DNA of 64,000 nucleotides. It comes from Monocercomonoides exilis PA203 (lineage: Eukaryota > Protista > Preaxostyla). The notes beneath the pieces were generated by a model that saw only the letters and a program-made list of their open reading frames with translations, had not been told where the DNA came from and did no database searches. Every line of letters begins with the position of its first letter. Position 1 is the first letter of the stretch. The DNA is taken from positions 558,001 through 622,000 of the forward strand of contig LSRY02000010.1 in assembly GCA_001643675.2 (NCBI GenBank), in the 5' to 3' direction. The translations under genes and the position numbers were made by a program. Shown in pieces: positions 60,001 through 64,000 of the stretch.

Positions 60001-61517
60001 GAAAAATACATATTGAGAGGGGAAAAAAATGAAATCGGCAAAAAAAGAATAAATACAACAGAAAACAAAGGCATCAATTTTCCTACAAAGGAACTGCATG
60101 TTTAAAAAATATCCTAATTTTTAATAAAAAAAATATGAATCTCAATCAAATGTTCACTCTAACTCTCTCGCTCTTTTTCTTTCTCTCTTTCATCAGCACA
60201 CCAAAGGTCTTCTTCTTGAACAGTTCTTCTCTTTCCATTTGCTCTTTCTCCTGTCTTCTTCGAAGTTGGGCAGCTCCCAAATGTGCTCCGTTTTCGTTGA
60301 ATTCTTCCTCTTGAGTCAGCCATTCCACCAGCAGTTCATCTTTATGGATCAGCTTAATAAGCCTCTTGTACTGCTTTTTCTGTGCTCTGCCAGAAGATCC
60401 TCTTCCGTTTCCTCTTCCTCTTCCCCCTCTTCCTCTTCCTCCTCTTCCTCGCCTTCCCCTTTCATTGCCATTGTCATCACTCTGATTGTGAAGAAGTTTG
60501 CGGTTTTGGGCAAGACGCTTCTTCACAATTTCCAGTTTTTTTGTGCTGGCATTTATCTTTGGATTGACGTTGTGAGCGATACATTGCATAGGCAAAACAA
60601 TAAATGGGAATGTCAATGAATCAAAATATTTCATCCATCCTTCAAGAACCTTTCTTGGAACAAGGTCTAAATTAATTGAAATGACAAGAAAAACATATAA
60701 ACCAATTGAAAATGTTTTTAAAAAAAAATTAAAAGGAACCTTTTACAAACCAATTTTATTTAAAACAATTATTAATTTCTTTTTTTTCAATAACACCTCA
60801 GTTTCAAGTGCTTGACAACGAGTTGCTGATGGATCCCTTGCGTCCACTACTTCAATAACAACATCAGATAATTCGATTAATGAAATGATGTTTGATCCTC
60901 CACTAAAAGAAGGGATTATTGTAACTATTTCAAAAAAATGAAATAATCAACAAAAAGGAATTCAAACTTTTATTAGTTTCAATAAATTTTTCTGGATTGA
61001 TTCTTTTACATTTCTCTAACTTTGTTTCATCGTCAATAACTTGATCAACATGCAGATCTTCATTATCTTCGTTTAAAGGCTTTTCTTTCTGTTGAAGTCT
61101 CATTTGAGCTTTTTCTTCTTCGAGCGCTTTTCTTATTTGTTCTGTTTGATCGAGCAATTGTTCCTTTAAAGGATATGCATGAGGAATTGGTGGTTCTTTT
61201 CGTGGGCCTGAATTTTTGGAAAAACATATAGAATATAAATTTATCGCAGCATGTACATGCCTTGGCGAACAGGTTTAAGTTTTGACATCCTGCGTACTTT
61301 TCTATCGTGCTCCTTAACCATTTTTCTGATGGAGTACTTCCTTCTCAGAGTCTTTCTTTTAGACAAATGCTCTATTCATTATAAAATAAAAATAAAAAAT
61401 CAATCATAATAATAAAACAAAAGAAAAGAACAATAGCAATAGTACAGAAAATAATTTAAAATAAATAGCACGTAAATGTTTATAATTATTCGAAATTTCC
61501 AAACTCTTTCTGACCAT
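57084..61517 (-). CDS. GNL3: Nucleostemin/GNL3/Nug1/Grn1-like circularly permuted nucleolar GTPase, 7 exons, ~1230 aa
   Basis: Exons 61517-61505, 61371-61261, 61207-60968 (donor uncertain), 60924-60751, 60666-60202, 59987-59097 and 58888-57084 stay in frame. Basic N-terminus SKRKTLRRKYSIRKMVKEHDRK and KEPPIPHAYPLKE. SDVVIEVVDARDP, G4 LNKIDLVP, FGHDILM, G1-like VVGYEGTGKKS and C-terminal AAKAVMEDWRSGRMPFYTVPP. Confidence 0.88.
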
Positions 61518-61700
61518 CTTGATTTCTTTCCGTTATATGGTACATTTGATCATACGTGATCGAATTGAACAGTTTTTAACAAAAAACAATAACATTTGAA
61601 TATTAAAATATAATAGATGATAAATGATGCAAACTAGATCTTTGCGATAAGGAAATTATTGGCAACCTATGTCGGTCAAAAAAATAAACCAGTGTCGAGT

Positions 61701-61701
<1 letters not shown>

Positions 61702-61754
<53 letters not shown>
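61702..61754. repeat. Poly-T tract (~53 nt)
   Basis: Directly visible homopolymer upstream of the GNL3-like gene. Confidence 0.95.
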
Positions 61755-61756
<2 letters not shown>

Positions 61757-62562
61757 TGAAAGTGATTGTAAATAATTTTTAGTAATAAACAAACTATTAA
61801 ATTATTTGGCATTTTATTTGAATTTTATTAATCATTTTTTATTTATTATTATCAATTTTTTTTTAAAAAAAAATTAATTTATGAATGAAAAATAAAAGTT
61901 TTGTTAACTAAGAAATGATAAATATTTGTTTATGCTTATCCAATGAAACCGAATAAAATTCGGCTGAGGGCTAGACTGATTCAATCCTGTTACTCAAATT
62001 TTTCTTAAAAATTGAGTAACATGCAGGACTTGGCTCCAGAATCAGTTTCCCAGGTAAATATATATTTATTATCAAAAATTTCATATAAATAAAAATAAAA
62101 AAATAAATAAGTGTTTAATTAAATTGCATATTGAAATTTTTGGAATAATAACGGGTGGAACAAAATTTGGCACAAGAAAACTTTGCCCCATATATATTCT
62201 TGCTTATTGTCAAAAAAAAAATTTTTTTTTTCTACATTGAAAAATAGGTGTAGAATTGTTCAATTGTTGAATGGTCTGTGATTCAAAGTAATCAACGGTG
62301 AAAAACATTTCAAATCATATAATACAAATTCAAGTCAAAATAATGCTTTTATTTCTGCTTATTATTCTCTTCTATTGAAATGACTGATATCAATAATTTT
62401 GTCAGAAAAACTTATTTGCCAATAATGAAATATTGAAAGTGCAAAATTACGTATATTTCTTGAAAAATTGAAAGAAAATCGACATAATAAACTTGTCTTG
62501 TTTGAAGAAGAAGAATGCAAAAAAATGTCTGACCCTTAAAATTTTTTGTTGAAAGTTTGGAA

Positions 62563-64000
62563 ATGGAAAAGGAAAGCGGAGAAATGAGTTGCAATCAAGA
62601 CATTACCAAAAATCAATGTGAAAAAATAACTGATAACGAAAAAGGAAGCAGAATAAATTATTGCGTCAATGATTCTAGTGAATTATTGTTTTGCAAACAG
62701 TCAACTTCTGGAAGGACAAATCAGTCAACATTTATTACACCTTCATTGCTGCAAATATATTCTTTAATGGATAAAAATCATGTTCCAAGTTATAGAAAAC
62801 TTGCTCGAGCTCTTGGAATGAATGTTTTCCATCAACCTTACATATCGTCAACTAGCTTTTCTGAAAATACTTTAATGATGCTCAACAACATCAGAGGACA
62901 TATATGTACTTCATCTTCAATCGAAGACGATCAAAGGAATTTTTTTATTTTTCTAATTAGCACAATTGAGATGGAATACATAACAAGATTTTCATTATTT
63001 GCTTTTCTTTTTATGATGGCACTTAACCTTCCACATGTTTGCCACACATTATTCTCCATAATGTGTTGTGCTTTTGTTCTGTTATTTGCGATCTTCATTT
63101 ATTTAATATTCAAAAAATTACTTATACTAAACCGAGTGTTAGCTACAAAAAAATATTTGGATCGAAATGTTTTAAACTGGAAGAACACCCCATATTACTC
63201 CGAATATCACCGTGGAATAAATTTTAAATATACTTTGCTTCTTTCGCTATTTTCATGGGTTTTGCCTTCGTTCGAGAATGAGACAGACGAAGAAGGTTAT
63301 CCTTCTATTTTTGAAAAGATGAAAGGATATTCATTGACAAACTGCGAAGAAATACATCTTGATGATGCAGGCGAGAGATGTTGCAATTGCTACGAAATGA
63401 GAGGGAAAAGTGAAACAAGCGAAAGCCATTATAGAATGAATCTAATGAAAAACCGTGAAAATGACACAAAGGAGAAAGAATCAGCATCAGTTGCAAAGGA
63501 AGAAAGATTGCTATTGCTTTGCGAGCCTAACGCTCTTGCAAACGAAGCAGCCAATAGCCAAGAGGAAAATGCCAAATGCCAAAGGGGTCCCAATCAAAAT
63601 TCAAAAATTCATGGAGAAATAATCGACGAGATAGATGGCGATAAAGATATCACTTGTAACATAATTACATCGGATACAAAGAAAATACCTGATGCTGTTC
63701 CTGCGTCTGGAGTCAGCAACAAAGTTACTATGGAGTGCTTGACTTCTGCAGAAGAAGCAGGCCTGCAAATAGAACATAAATATGCTGAAGGCTGCATAAA
63801 TGCTGAAAATTCAGAGAAAACACCTGATGATGAAACAAAACCTTCAAAAATTGCAGGCAAAAACAATTCTTCGCTGATGACAGAAGAAGAAGAAGAAGGC
63901 GAAAAAGAATTATCTGAAAGAAGCTCAAAGGACAGAAAAGAATCTGAAAACTGTTCTTCAGAATGCCAAAATCTAACTAATTCTGGGCGTAGTGAGTCTG
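62563..64000 (+). CDS. Hypothetical membrane protein, 3'-truncated by the window edge (absent from the supplied ORF track)
   Basis: Frame is open from ATG 62563 (MEKESGEMSCNQ...) to the window end, ~479 codons without a stop. Hydrophobic stretches at ~62941-63130 (FSLFAFLFMMAL; LFSIMCCAFVLLFAIFIYLIF) are followed by a charged low-complexity region. Confidence 0.7.
   Translation, partial: MEKESGEMSCNQDITKNQCEKITDNEKGSRINYCVNDSSELLFCKQSTSGRTNQSTFITPSLLQIYSLMDKNHVPSYRKLARALGMNVFHQPYISSTSFSENTLMMLNNIRGHICTSSSIEDDQRNFFIFLISTIEMEYITRFSLFAFLFMMALNLPHVCHTLFSIMCCAFVLLFAIFIYLIFKKLLILNRVLATKKYLDRNVLNWKNTPYYSEYHRGINFKYTLLLSLFSWVLPSFENETDEEGYPSIFEKMKGYSLTNCEEIHLDDAGERCCNCYEMRGKSETSESHYRMNLMKNRENDTKEKESASVAKEERLLLLCEPNALANEAANSQEENAKCQRGPNQNSKIHGEIIDEIDGDKDITCNIITSDTKKIPDAVPASGVSNKVTMECLTSAEEAGLQIEHKYAEGCINAENSEKTPDDETKPSKIAGKNNSSLMTEEEEEGEKELSERSSKDRKESENCSSECQNLTNSGRSES

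Noticed and set aside
61943-61970. SECIS-like ATGA...AAA...TGA hairpin
   Set aside because: The helix is only ~6 bp (a SECIS needs ~11-12) and it is not in the 3' UTR of the TGA-containing gene.
1-64000. Alternative genetic code (TAA/TAG=Gln as in some oxymonads, or general TGA reassignment)
   Set aside because: Conserved genes end correctly at TAA (GDE, PI4KA), TAG (GNL3) and TGA (ADH, TM2), and long exons contain no in-frame TAR.

Overview
AT-rich eukaryotic protist DNA with short spliceosomal introns (donor usually GTTTG, acceptor YAG/AAG) and the standard genetic code (TAA, TAG and TGA all end genes). Intron style, gene families and low-complexity-inflated proteins resemble the oxymonad Monocercomonoides; this is inference, not verified. 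Genes in order: the 3' end of a receptor-like pseudokinase; a 7-exon glycogen debranching enzyme (-); a class I sirtuin (+) with a probable extra acidic exon; a 2.1 kb intergenic cluster of three inverted repeats plus a (CA)n tract; a frameshifted PI4-kinase alpha/Stt4 (-); a decayed gene remnant; a ~4930-codon beta-helix-repeat/TM/pseudokinase gene (+) with one in-frame TGA at a conserved Cys position; a bacterial-type iron-containing alcohol dehydrogenase with one intron; a ~3800 aa protein carrying a dispersed, degenerate CCR4/PDE12-type EEP domain (-); a TM2-domain protein; a Nug1/GNL3-like GTPase with degenerate G motifs (-); and a membrane-protein ORF running off the right edge. No rRNA, tRNA, CRISPR array or transposase was recognised. 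The best candidates for something new are the giant receptor-pseudokinase family (in-frame TGA, mosaic identity between paralogs), the foldback cluster, and three enzymes with substituted catalytic residues. All exon models were built by hand and need RNA-seq confirmation.
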